DNA of 64,000 nt, taken from the NCBI GenBank assembly GCA_964421955.1, contig CAYQYU010000001.1, positions 64,001-128,000 on the forward strand, given 5' to 3'. Of this stretch, positions 18,812 to 28,174 are shown piece after piece. Within the stretch, counting starts at the first letter, position 1. Every line of letters begins with the position of its first letter. This DNA is from an uncultured archaeon (GTDB taxonomy: Archaea > Nanohalarchaeota > Nanosalinia > Nanosalinales > Nanosalinaceae). Both the position numbers and the translations under genes were made by a program. Under the pieces are notes generated by a model. It searched no databases, was not told the DNA's origin, and saw only the letters and a program-made list of their open reading frames with translations.

Positions 18812-19960
18812 TCAGTTCTTCATGATCTCCCGGAGGAAAACAGTCGCGTAACAGCCCTTTGGAAGGTCGAACTTGACCTTCATCTTGTTCTTGGTCATGT
18901 TGAGATCGTCCTCGTCAATATCGACAACCTCAAAGTTCCTGAAGTCCGCGAATGCACGCCTGTAGCTGCCTTCACTCCTCAGCTCTGGGAAGTCCTGTAA
19001 TCTGAAGTCTTCCTGGTCGACCCCCTCTTCCTCCAGGATTTCTTCCAGGATGTTCTCGGGCTTATTGTCCTTCAACTCCGTCTTGTACCCAACCAGAGGG
19101 ATCTCATAGTCCTCATCGTACCAGTCTTCCTCGAGCAGCCTTGAGAGCACCCGGTTGTAGACCCAGGACTGGTACGCGTGGATAAACAGTTGCTGGAGTC
19201 CTTCCGGCAGCCGCTTGATCGCGCCCTTGTAGTCCTCCTCGTTCTTCGTGAGGTGGTAGAGAAGAGCTTTCTCGTATCGATAATGTTTCGGGAACTTCTC
19301 GGCCATGTCCTCTACCTGTCGCGTCTCCCAGAGTTCCTCCCGGACTTTCCGGATCGATTTATATTCCTCGTCGTAAGGCTTTGCGATGTATGTCCAGACC
19401 GCCTCCTCAAACTCTCCCCTGAGAATGTGTCTACCGACCTGATGTGTGATCGGCCTTGTTGAGCCGAATCTCTGGTCCCCGAAATAGTTGGGGAACTTGC
19501 CGTCAAGCTCGTCCACAACCTTCAGGGCCCGGTTCCTTATATCCTCTATAGGCATGTTCAGATCGCGGACTGTAATCTCGAACCTGTTTGCATCAAGATT
19601 CCCGAGACCTATGTAACCATTTTTGCCGACAACCTCAAGGTCAAACTCATCTGTAAATATCTGGTTGACATCTTCCTCCGTGACGCCCTCGATAGAAATA
19701 TACTGCTCTGTAACCGCTCTTTTGTCTTTGTTTCCAGCGTATCCAACGCGCTTCTTCGAGATGTGGAGTATATTCGATAGAGTGTCGATTGCCTCCATCG
19801 TGGTCATGTTCTGCTTTCTCAGCTTCACTATCAGGTGGTCTCCTTCGCCCGTATCGTGGGATGCAAGTTCCTTGACTATGAAGTCGTTAACCTGCTCCTT
19901 TGTCTGTCCCTTTATGCCAGGGAGATCAGAATAGTAGGACCACTCAGGTAGTTCTTCCAT
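18812..19960 (-). CDS. truD: tRNA pseudouridine(13) synthase
   Basis: GYAGNKDKRAVTEQY, PNYFGDQRFG, FDLPKGCYATVFLRE motifs. Confidence 0.95.
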   Translation of the reverse strand: MEELPEWSYYSDLPGIKGQTKEQVNDFIVKELASHDTGEGDHLIVKLRKQNMTTMEAIDTLSNILHISKKRVGYAGNKDKRAVTEQYISIEGVTEEDVNQIFTDEFDLEVVGKNGYIGLGNLDANRFEITVRDLNMPIEDIRNRALKVVDELDGKFPNYFGDQRFGSTRPITHQVGRHILRGEFEEAVWTYIAKPYDEEYKSIRKVREELWETRQVEDMAEKFPKHYRYEKALLYHLTKNEEDYKGAIKRLPEGLQQLFIHAYQSWVYNRVLSRLLEEDWYDEDYEIPLVGYKTELKDNKPENILEEILEEEGVDQEDFRLQDFPELRSEGSYRRAFADFRNFEVVDIDEDDLNMTKNKMKVKFDLPKGCYATVFLREIMKN

Positions 19961-19990
19961 TTTTCTAAAACACCTCTTTTCTAATCTCCT

Positions 19991-20338
19991 TCATTCTATC
20001 AATTTTAGCTCTCCTGTTATTGAATCGATTTTTGACTCTTCACCAGGCCCTATCCCGAGGGCGGTTTTTGTCCCCGGCTCAAGCTCGGTCATACCCGCAT
20101 CGGTGACCAGTGCCGATGGAAGGCCTATGTCTTTGGACCTGTGGTGCAGCGTCTCCAGTTTCTCTCCTCCCAATCCCAGGGCAACTTTCTTCGCACCGGT
20201 CTCCTCCCAGTTCCGCTTTTTCTCACCTGAGGCCTTCTTGTAGGCCTTAAGGGAGGCGTGGCAGGCCTGGGCAATCATCTTACCGGTTGACATCCCCAGA
20301 TCCTCTCTCAATACAATAACCTGCTTATAACTGGTCAT
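19991..20338 (-). CDS. pth2: Peptidyl-tRNA hydrolase Pth2
   Basis: KQVIVLREDLGMSTGKMIAQACHA, DAGMTELEPGTKTALGIGP. Confidence 0.95.
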   Translation of the reverse strand: MTSYKQVIVLREDLGMSTGKMIAQACHASLKAYKKASGEKKRNWEETGAKKVALGLGGEKLETLHHRSKDIGLPSALVTDAGMTELEPGTKTALGIGPGEESKIDSITGELKLIE

Positions 20339-20445
20339 AAACTGATTGTTCCTCGTCCAGCTTTAAGGTTGTTATCAACAACAGATTACCTCTGGAGTTT
20401 TAAGTACCTGTCGGTAACAACGAATGCTGGTCGAGCGTAACCAGT

Positions 20446-20591
20446 TGGGTCCGCCCAGATTCGAACTGGGGATCTTCGCCTCGCCTGCCAGGATCAGGCG
20501 GCACTCCGGACGGGTTCAAGGGAACCCGACATCAGATACCAACAAAATCCTGCTGTAAGGGCGACGTCATAACCAGCTAGACCACGGACCC
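20446..20591 (-). tRNA. tRNA-Val(TAC) with 72-nt intron at 37/38 (intron 20482..20553)
   Basis: GGGTCCG/CGGACCC acceptor, TCGCC/GGCGA anticodon stem, loop CT-TAC-A|A, TTCGAAT T-loop; no encoded CCA. Confidence 0.92.
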
Positions 20592-20630
20592 GCAAATAGG
20601 TTAGCGACGGTAATTTTCTTTAAACCTTCT

Positions 20631-22496
20631 TCACCCAACTTCCTCTTCAAGTATAGGATCATAAACTTTGTCTTTGTGCGAGTAGTAGGGGTAGTAAACC
20701 TCTTTCACCGACGCTTCGGGGAGTTCCTTCTCGGCCTCCACCGCATCGATCTCGTAGTCGATGAGTTTGTCTGCTTCCACCTTTTCCTCCTGAATATCGA
20801 TCTGGAAGACCGAATCCTCGATATCCAGCGAGTCCTGTGTCACCCTTCCTTTCTGCCTGAGACTATCGATCAGCGAGGTGACCTTCGCAAGCCCCATACC
20901 TGTCCGGTCCACGAGCTCACTCTTTGAAGCTCCCTGGCTCACAAGATCCAGAATTTCAGCCTCCTCACCTGAAACTTCTGGTTGCTCGGCCTTGATGTCA
21001 CCCGAGGTGCCGTCAATGAGCACCTTCTTCTTGCCGTTATCCAGCAGGTAGAGAGGGTAATAAGCCACAGAGTACTTCTCTCCTGTCTCGGCCTCCCGCT
21101 GTCTCAACTCCGTTGTTGGCGGGAAGAGCTCTATATTCTCCTTTTCGACGTACTCCTGCGATGTCTGGGTCTCACCACCGTGCTTTGAACGGCGAGTTCT
21201 GACGTCAGTCATCACAGGATACTCGTTGCCGAGCACGAACGCAACGCCTGGTGGAAGCGACTTGATCATTGACTCTACTTCAGAGGTGACTCCTTCAAAA
21301 GACTTCGATATAGCACTGAGATCGTTAGGATTCGTCACGCGTAGAATAAACTGGGTATTGCATTGTGAAAGCACGTTTTTGTCGATTCTCGCAGGCCTCT
21401 GGGACACTACACCGAGACCGAGGCCAAACTTCCGTCCCTCCGACGCAATCTTACGCAGAATCTTGTTGCTCAGCGCCTGTTCAAATCCCTTCTCCGGAGC
21501 AAAGTTGTGTGCCTCCTCGATCACCATCAGGAACGGCGGTATCTCGTTCCGCTTCCTGAGATCGAACAAACGCTTCGCGAGCATGTACATGGTCATCTCC
21601 GCAGTCTCAGGTTCAACCGCCTTCAGGTTGACGATGGTGGCCTCGCCGGGTTCAACCATGTTCTCCAGATCGATCGGGTTCTCGCTCATCAGTCCGGACT
21701 CCTCTATCTGCTCCAGCGAGTTCAGGAGGTTCCACTTCGCAGTCGACTCCTCCTGGGACACCGCGTCCATGATGTCCATCAGGTTGTAGTCTTCGTCTTT
21801 TTCTCTGAGACGCTTCAGCGCGTTGTAGAGCACCCCCATCTGGGAGTTGGTCAGCGAGTCAGGGATGATATCCATAAGCTCCTTCTTCTCAAGGTTGACC
21901 GACGAGAACGAGATCGGCAGCGCATCAGAGTTAATATCCGTGTTCGGCGACAGCTCCGTCGCCTTGTATCCCTCGCCTTCCTCCGACTCAGGATTGGGGT
22001 GTCTCAGAGACGAGTATTCTCCATGCGGATCAATTATGAGCACAGGATAGTCTTCCTCGAGCAGCTCCTCGATGAGAACGCCCGTGAGATAGGATTTTCC
22101 GGCACCGGTCTGCGCGAGAACCGCAAAGTGCTTGTAGAAGTCCTCCCCGTCCACCATGATATCTATATCCGGGTTGGTCTCTAGGTTGCCTATCTTCAGT
22201 CCGGCCTCGTTGAGGCCAAGTGTATCCGAAATTAGCTCTTGATCGGCACGGTAGACAATCGAGTCCGGTTCAATAACCCGGCGAGGCGCTTTTGTGAGAC
22301 CCTTGTCGCGGTACCCGATGATATTTGCGTTTGCGATTGTCTCACCGTCCGGGTGTTTGGTGACCTCTTCGACCTGGCCGAGGATCCAGGTTTCGTTGCT
22401 CTTCACGGAGATGAAGTCGAACTTCTTTACCTCCTCTGTGGCACGAAATTCGAATGAAGAAGTGTCGACATCTCCCTGGATGGTTCCTAGCTGCAT
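20631..22496 (-). CDS. HerA/DUF87-family ATPase with N-terminal HAS-barrel-like region and C-terminal HTH-like extension
   Basis: HFAVLAQTGAGKS Walker A, IIDPHGEY, IEEAHNF Walker B, EGRKFGLGLGVVSQRP. Confidence 0.9.
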   Translation of the reverse strand: MQLGTIQGDVDTSSFEFRATEEVKKFDFISVKSNETWILGQVEEVTKHPDGETIANANIIGYRDKGLTKAPRRVIEPDSIVYRADQELISDTLGLNEAGLKIGNLETNPDIDIMVDGEDFYKHFAVLAQTGAGKSYLTGVLIEELLEEDYPVLIIDPHGEYSSLRHPNPESEEGEGYKATELSPNTDINSDALPISFSSVNLEKKELMDIIPDSLTNSQMGVLYNALKRLREKDEDYNLMDIMDAVSQEESTAKWNLLNSLEQIEESGLMSENPIDLENMVEPGEATIVNLKAVEPETAEMTMYMLAKRLFDLRKRNEIPPFLMVIEEAHNFAPEKGFEQALSNKILRKIASEGRKFGLGLGVVSQRPARIDKNVLSQCNTQFILRVTNPNDLSAISKSFEGVTSEVESMIKSLPPGVAFVLGNEYPVMTDVRTRRSKHGGETQTSQEYVEKENIELFPPTTELRQREAETGEKYSVAYYPLYLLDNGKKKVLIDGTSGDIKAEQPEVSGEEAEILDLVSQGASKSELVDRTGMGLAKVTSLIDSLRQKGRVTQDSLDIEDSVFQIDIQEEKVEADKLIDYEIDAVEAEKELPEASVKEVYYPYYSHKDKVYDPILEEEVG

Positions 22497-22585
22497 CAGT
22501 AATTTTTGAGTCAGTTACTCAGATTCATAAATTCGTTGGCACTCCAGGGAACTGCTTTTAAGAGTCCGCTACCAGACGTTGATAC

Positions 22586-23026
22586 ATGAATCTCAAACTC
22601 TCCGAGAGCTTCCAGAAGGACCTGATGTTCCTTGGAGGCATCCTGCTCTTCATCGTTCTGGCCGCGGGAGCCAGTAATCTCATGACCTCCGACGACCCGG
22701 TACGTGTCGGAATGGTCGAGATCGAGACCTACTGTGCTGGTATTGACGCGGGAGTATGCCTCGGACTCGAGAGGAAGAAACACGTGACCTACAATTACGA
22801 TAACTACGAGGATGCAGAACCGGGTACGCCGAACTACTACAGGAAGGTCGAATCCGAGTTAATGGCCCGCGCCTACAACACCTGCTCGGAAGATGTTACA
22901 GGCATGGAGTGGGCCTCAGAGGTCGAGTACGACGGACAGACCGCGGAGGAATGGTTACAGAACGACAACATACAGCTTCTGCCGTGCGAGCAAACTTTCT
23001 ACCGCAACCTGACAGCCAATCCATAA
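22586..23026 (+). CDS. Membrane-anchored Cys-containing hypothetical protein (probable paralog of 13398..13772)
   Basis: TTTTAA box upstream; TM then CAGIDAGVCLGLE. Confidence 0.75.
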   Translation: MNLKLSESFQKDLMFLGGILLFIVLAAGASNLMTSDDPVRVGMVEIETYCAGIDAGVCLGLERKKHVTYNYDNYEDAEPGTPNYYRKVESELMARAYNTCSEDVTGMEWASEVEYDGQTAEEWLQNDNIQLLPCEQTFYRNLTANP

Positions 23027-23068
23027 ATTAAAAAGCTTTCCGCGAATCTAACGGTAAGGCGACCCAAA

Positions 23069-23566
23069 ATGCCAGAGGACTCAGATTACGTTGAGACGAC
23101 TTTTGTAGCACTGAAGCCTGATGCGGTTAAACGCGGAATAGTTGGTGAAATAGTATCCACAATAGAGAACGCGGGTTTCAAGATCTCCGGCATGAAGATG
23201 GTCCAGGCCACTGACCAGCTTCTTGAAAAGCACTACGAGGAGCACGTCGACAAGCCTTTCTACGACGGTCTCGCAGAATACATGCAGCAAGGACCAATAG
23301 TGGCACTCGCGATCGAGGGAGTCCACGCGGTCGAGAACATGAGGAAACTGGTTGGTGACACAAGCGCGAAGGACGCCGACCCATCAACGATCAGGGGTCG
23401 TTTCGCCCACATGTCGATGGAGCACGCAGATGAAGCCGGAAGGCACTACAAGAACATCATCCACGCAGCGGAAGACCTTGAAGCTGCGGAGCGAGAGCTT
23501 GAAATCTGGTTCTCGGACGACGAGCTTCACGATTACAGGCACGCCCACGAGGAGGAGGTAAGATAA
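23069..23566 (+). CDS. ndk: Nucleoside diphosphate kinase
   Basis: TFVALKPDAVKRG, HYEEHVDKPFY, STIRG, NIIH catalytic His. Confidence 0.95.
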   Translation: MPEDSDYVETTFVALKPDAVKRGIVGEIVSTIENAGFKISGMKMVQATDQLLEKHYEEHVDKPFYDGLAEYMQQGPIVALAIEGVHAVENMRKLVGDTSAKDADPSTIRGRFAHMSMEHADEAGRHYKNIIHAAEDLEAAERELEIWFSDDELHDYRHAHEEEVR

Positions 23567-23778
23567 TGACAGAGAAACGGCTCTACAGGTCGGAGACCGA
23601 TAGAATCCTCGGCGGAGTCTGTGGAGGTATAGCAGAGGTATACGATTTCGATCCCGCACTGGTCAGAATAATCGCGCTTCTGCTGATTTTCAGCGGGATT
23701 TCACCACTGGTCTACCTTATTGCGTGGCTGATTATACCTACGGAGAGCAAGGTCAAGAGCCGAGGAAATGAAGAGTAG
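23566..23778 (+). CDS. pspC: PspC-domain membrane protein
   Basis: KRLYRSETDRILGGVCGGIAE...YLIAWLIIP. Confidence 0.9.
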   Translation: MTEKRLYRSETDRILGGVCGGIAEVYDFDPALVRIIALLLIFSGISPLVYLIAWLIIPTESKVKSRGNEE

Positions 23779-23790
23779 TGATCTTCAGGG

Positions 23791-23919
23791 ATGGATGATA
23801 TCGACGTAAAAAAGGCTGCAAAAATCGGGTTCGGTTTCGGAATAGGCTTTTTCGCAGCAGGTATTCTTGTATCGATAATCGGTTTCTTGCTCTACATCCC
23901 TGTAATGCTAGGCCTGTAA
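23791..23919 (+). CDS. Small 42-aa membrane protein (not in ORF track)
   Basis: MDDIDVKKAAKIGFGFGIGFFAAGILVSIIGFLLYIPVMLGL*, directly after pspC. Confidence 0.6.
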   Translation: MDDIDVKKAAKIGFGFGIGFFAAGILVSIIGFLLYIPVMLGL

Positions 23920-23953
23920 AACCGGTATAGGACTAAAATTGAACGCTGACGCA

Positions 23954-25603
23954 CTAATCCCTGACTAGATTCAGGAGTTTCTGCACATCGATCTCGAAGC
24001 CCGCAACCTTTCTGTCGAGCCCCCAGTTTTCCACCACACTGTTAGAGAACTCGCCTATGACTCCTACATGTTCCCCTTCGAACATGATATCTCCGGAGCG
24101 ATCCTGGCGGAAACATTCTTTCCCGGAAGATTCAATCTCAAATTCGACTCCGAGTTCACGCCCCAGAACCTGTAAAACCTGCCGTACATCAGTGTAGCCC
24201 ACTCCATTGTCCGAGTGAACATATGCTAGCTTCCTCTTGTTCGAAACACCTACCGCAGAGTTGTCGAGTTCGGAAACATCCGCGACCTCGAAGAACTTCT
24301 GCGGGTAGCTCCTGTGCCTATTCCGGCCGAGCACCTCCATAAGCGACGGCAGTAGCCAGTTCCTCACAGCGGTATAATCCTCAGTTAGGGGGTTCGACAT
24401 AGAGGCGATGTCTTCCTCCTCTAAGCCCATCTTTTCGAACAGCTTCTCCCTGTTTGAAAGGATGTAGGTATGAGCCTCCAGAGCCCCGGTTCCCTGGAAA
24501 ATATCTCTCAACAGCCGTGTATAATTCTCGACCGGTTTCTCGTTACCGATCTGGTCGGCCTCCGGCAGCTCTGGCTCTATATTATCGTATCCATGGGCTA
24601 TCACCACGTCCTCTATAACATCATACTGGTGCATCACATCGTTCCTGTAGGCGGGCACCTCAACAATGATCTTCCTCTTTTTCTTCTTCGCGCCGAACTT
24701 CATCCTCTCCAGCCGCTCGACAATCTCCTTCCCGTCGAGTTCAAGTCCGGAGACCTTCTGGAAGTACTCGATATCAAGCTCCCGCTCCTCCGGTTCGAGA
24801 TCCGGCATTACAGTGCCGTCGACACCCACTGCCTCTATCTTTCCTCCTCTCTCCGCCAGCGCAGTCGCAAGGATATTCAGGGCCTTCATAACTGTTTCAC
24901 GATCCTTTCCTGTAACATCGATGAAGATGTCCTGGGTTCCTGCAGAAACTTCTGTGAGCTGGTTGTTAATGATAGGCGGGAATGAGAGTACACGGTCTTC
25001 CGCATCCACAATTATAGGGTAGCGGTCCTCGTCCTCCAGTATCCAGGCGTACTCCTGTCCTTTCTCGTGCTCTTCGAGAATCTCCCCGAGCTGCATCTCT
25101 CTGTCATACTCAAGCGGTTTGAAAGATACTTTCTCGGGTTCGACCGCCCTGTATGTGAAAGGAGGCTCAACAGCGTCAAGGTCATGGAGGCCGATAGCGA
25201 GCTTGTCACGCCTTCTACCCATCGATTCATGGAGCTTCTCCTGTAGCTGTATCAGTCCGTTGATCATCCTCTCTGAAAGCTCCAGATCACGGACAACCGC
25301 ACCGCCGATGTAAGGTCTTACGTCTTCAACCGAATCTTCAATCCTGATCTCCGTGCTGCCGTCCCGGATCCTGTATTCGTCCAGACCCTGCTCCAGCCCG
25401 AAGAATCCTCGATACGCGCGGGCAAGACCCTCCACTGACAGAAGGTCGGGACGGTTAGGATAGACCTCCACGTCCCACTTTTCGCCTTCTACGTGGTTCC
25501 AGTGCGCGCCCAGGAAAGACGCCTTTTCGTGGAGAAGCCGCTCATCAACCTCATTCTCCATTAGACTGTCGAACTCCTTCTTGTTTATTTTGATATGTGA
25601 AAT
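23954..25603 (-). CDS. pheT: Phenylalanine-tRNA ligase beta subunit (probable ATT start at 25603)
   Basis: PNRPDLLSVEGLARA, LQEKLH, IGLHD, SFPPIIN, YRNDVMHQYDVIEDV; in-frame upstream extension SHIKINKKEFDSL. Confidence 0.95.
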   Translation of the reverse strand: MSHIKINKKEFDSLMENEVDERLLHEKASFLGAHWNHVEGEKWDVEVYPNRPDLLSVEGLARAYRGFFGLEQGLDEYRIRDGSTEIRIEDSVEDVRPYIGGAVVRDLELSERMINGLIQLQEKLHESMGRRRDKLAIGLHDLDAVEPPFTYRAVEPEKVSFKPLEYDREMQLGEILEEHEKGQEYAWILEDEDRYPIIVDAEDRVLSFPPIINNQLTEVSAGTQDIFIDVTGKDRETVMKALNILATALAERGGKIEAVGVDGTVMPDLEPEERELDIEYFQKVSGLELDGKEIVERLERMKFGAKKKKRKIIVEVPAYRNDVMHQYDVIEDVVIAHGYDNIEPELPEADQIGNEKPVENYTRLLRDIFQGTGALEAHTYILSNREKLFEKMGLEEEDIASMSNPLTEDYTAVRNWLLPSLMEVLGRNRHRSYPQKFFEVADVSELDNSAVGVSNKRKLAYVHSDNGVGYTDVRQVLQVLGRELGVEFEIESSGKECFRQDRSGDIMFEGEHVGVIGEFSNSVVENWGLDRKVAGFEIDVQKLLNLVRD

Positions 25604-27009
25604 TACGCATCACCTCCCGTCTTGTCCGGCCTCCATGCTGGCGTCTGTTCAAGTATTTCGATGTCGTTCCTGTAGAGTTCACGGATATCTTCAAGTCCTG
25701 CAGACTTCATCGCTATTCTCGGTATCCCTAGGCCCCAGGCGAGAACCGTAGCCTCGAATCCCAGCATCGGTTTCACCACTTCCGGCCGGAACATTCCCGC
25801 GCCGCCGAGCCCCACCCATTCCTGGTCTTTCTCATCCCACACATGCACCTCGACACTCATCTCGGTGTAGGGGAAGTAGCTCGGGACTAAACGGAACTCC
25901 TCGAACCCCATTTTGCTGAAGAACTCGCTGATGTAACCCTTCAGGTTCGTGAACGACAGGTCTTTCCCGACGACTATGCCGTCGGTCTGGTAGAACTCTG
26001 CGAGATGGAAGCGGTCGACTGTCTCGTTCCGGAAGTTCCTGGATACTGTAAAGAACTTCTTCGGCAGCTCCTCTTCATTTACATCGATCTCATGTATCCT
26101 CTGTATAGAGACCGCAGTAGTATGTGTCCTAAGAACATTCTTCTTTGCCTCCTCCAGCGACCAGTCGTATCCCCAGCCTCTTGAGCCTGTTTCCCAGCCG
26201 TTTTCATGCGTCTGCTTCACGTGATCGACCTTGTCTCCATAGCTTGAAAGGTCCGCTTCCGCAGGATCTTCCATGAAGAATGTGTCATGCATCTCCCTTG
26301 CAGGGTGGTCCTGGGGGGTATAGAGCGCGTCGAAGTTCAGGAAGCTCGATACTATGAAGTCGCCAGACATCTCCTGGAAGCCCATTTCCAGCCACTTCAT
26401 CCTTGCCTGATCTATTATGTCCTTGTAGAAATGTTTCTTGCCGATACGCGGGGTCTTCACCGATGCCTCGACATTAAAGTCCTCGTCGATTTCGCCCAGT
26501 TCTACCGACTCACCCTCCGCAGTGATCTCGATGACTCTCTCCGTTTTTTCCCGGGTTCTTACCAGCCCGCGTTCTTCAAGGTCGGTATCGTAGTTCCGGG
26601 ACTCCAGCTTCTGCCGGACAGGATCGCTGTCAAGATTCTCCCTGCCTTTCCTGGTGAGCGATGCCTCGCCGTCCTCGAGCCTCACCCACGATTTTTCTCT
26701 CGCTTTCCCTAAAGCTACGTCGAGATCAAGGTCTTGGAGATCAGAAAGTTCTCTGGATTCATCTTCGAGCCTCTGCACCAGCTGGTATTCCGGGGAACCG
26801 TGCTCCAGAACATCTCTGCCCGCGTCGGTAAGTTCGTGCGTTAGTTCATCCTCTTCCTGTATCTTCGCGAGCCCTTTCTCTTCAAGTTCCAGCCCGGCCC
26901 TGTGAACCATCGACTGGTCGTATCCCTCTTTCTCGAGATCCTCAATCTTCAGGGAACTCTTCTGCTTGAGCTCCTCCAGAATCTGGATTGCCTGGCTTGA
27001 AAGCTTCAC
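25603..27009 (-). CDS. pheS: Phenylalanine-tRNA ligase alpha subunit
   Basis: NFDALYTPQDHPAREMHDTF, LRTHTT, FRNETVDRFHLAEF, SYFPYTE, GAGMFRPEV; GTG start. Confidence 0.96.
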   Translation of the reverse strand: MKLSSQAIQILEELKQKSSLKIEDLEKEGYDQSMVHRAGLELEEKGLAKIQEEDELTHELTDAGRDVLEHGSPEYQLVQRLEDESRELSDLQDLDLDVALGKAREKSWVRLEDGEASLTRKGRENLDSDPVRQKLESRNYDTDLEERGLVRTREKTERVIEITAEGESVELGEIDEDFNVEASVKTPRIGKKHFYKDIIDQARMKWLEMGFQEMSGDFIVSSFLNFDALYTPQDHPAREMHDTFFMEDPAEADLSSYGDKVDHVKQTHENGWETGSRGWGYDWSLEEAKKNVLRTHTTAVSIQRIHEIDVNEEELPKKFFTVSRNFRNETVDRFHLAEFYQTDGIVVGKDLSFTNLKGYISEFFSKMGFEEFRLVPSYFPYTEMSVEVHVWDEKDQEWVGLGGAGMFRPEVVKPMLGFEATVLAWGLGIPRIAMKSAGLEDIRELYRNDIEILEQTPAWRPDKTGGDA

Positions 27010-27040
27010 GTCTGGAGTAAAACAGTGAATTCTTTAATAA

Positions 27041-27736
27041 TTACGCAGTCTCAAGTACTGCGGCAGCCACTATCAGCACAACTCCCAGTGCAACCAGTTT
27101 CAGCAGGTCGAGCCATGTATCCTTCTCGAAATGTTCCCTGTACATCGCGGCAGACATCATCGTGCCCGCGATCCCGGCAATGATAAATCCCAGCATCTCC
27201 AGCGATGCGTGTGGAACGTACGCGAGCGGTAGCACCGGGGTCTGCTGGAAGATATCCGCGAGAAATACTCCGAGAACCGAGGCGTTCCAGGTCAGTATGA
27301 AAGATCCCGCGGAACCAACTACAACTGCTACCGTAAGTATCCCGAGGAAAACTATGATGTTGTTCAGGAATATCGAGCCGAAGGAAACAGGGTTTACAGC
27401 GTTACCGGTCGCGCCTATTATCTGGTTCTGTAGCTGGAAAACGTCGCTGAAATAGAGAGCCATTATGAAGAATGCGACGACCTCTCCAAGGAAAACCGAT
27501 CCGTAAACCATGATCTCAGGTATGTGAGGTGCGGAGTTGTTTTCGCGTTCCAGGAAGTAACTTGTAAGAGGATAGATCAGCGGTATTGCGGCGAACATGA
27601 CCCCGACTATGTCGGCCTCCGAGGGGAAAAGCCACCTCGCGGCCGCAAAGCCCGCGAGTCCGGAGAGAAGGCCTAGACCCACGAGAAGGGCAAAGTTCTC
27701 CTCTTCCTCCTCTCTCAGTATAAGCTCCGGGAGCAT
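27041..27736 (-). CDS. SpoIIM-like (DUF95) multi-pass membrane protein
   Basis: IFLNN...ILTWNASVLG...PHASLEMLGFIIAG motif; ATG 27736 lies ~25 nt after a TTTAAA box. Confidence 0.75.
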   Translation of the reverse strand: MLPELILREEEEENFALLVGLGLLSGLAGFAAARWLFPSEADIVGVMFAAIPLIYPLTSYFLERENNSAPHIPEIMVYGSVFLGEVVAFFIMALYFSDVFQLQNQIIGATGNAVNPVSFGSIFLNNIIVFLGILTVAVVVGSAGSFILTWNASVLGVFLADIFQQTPVLPLAYVPHASLEMLGFIIAGIAGTMMSAAMYREHFEKDTWLDLLKLVALGVVLIVAAAVLETA

Positions 27737-27802
27737 GTCAAGGGCTTGACATTGCCAGTTTAAAGCATTTATCAAACAGGCAAGAACACCCTCCCTGAGG
27801 AC

Positions 27803-28117
27803 TCAGTCCAGGTTCTCCCAGTCCTGGAGCCAGTGTTCTACACGCTCTCTTTCACCGTTCCGAGCCCCGGTCAGGTCACAGTAGTAGTCGACCAGCGCTT
27901 CCTCCTCTGCAGGGTCCACAGTTGCGCCGCTGGGACGGTAAAGACGTGCCGTGCTCACGTCCTCCAGGATAACTATTGCACCCGTTTCACCAGCCCAGTG
28001 GATCTTGGAACCGGGCTCAACCGGCCTATAGTCCGGGTTCTCAAGCTCTGTTAGTTCTCCAGGAGCCTCTGCATCCGGATTCTCGAGATAACCCTCAAGA
28101 CAGCGGTATCCATTCAT
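27803..28117 (-). CDS. Hypothetical acidic protein
   Basis: GGAGGTGA SD 6 nt before ATG, TTTAAA box upstream. Confidence 0.75.
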   Translation of the reverse strand: MNGYRCLEGYLENPDAEAPGELTELENPDYRPVEPGSKIHWAGETGAIVILEDVSTARLYRPSGATVDPAEEEALVDYYCDLTGARNGERERVEHWLQDWENLD

Positions 28118-28174
28118 TGATTCTCACCTCCTTTCTTACCTCTAAAGGTTTTAAACCAGTCGGAAACAGAAGAT

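Noticed and set aside
20482-20553. C/D guide RNA inside the tRNA-Val intron (two CTGA boxes)
   Set aside because: No acceptable box C or C'; the putative guides pair with each other; no target recognised
25551-25610. Programmed frameshift from ATG 25610 into pheT
   Set aside because: That ATG overlaps the SD itself and no slippery site is evident; the ATT has normal SD spacing and a parallel case at rpl3
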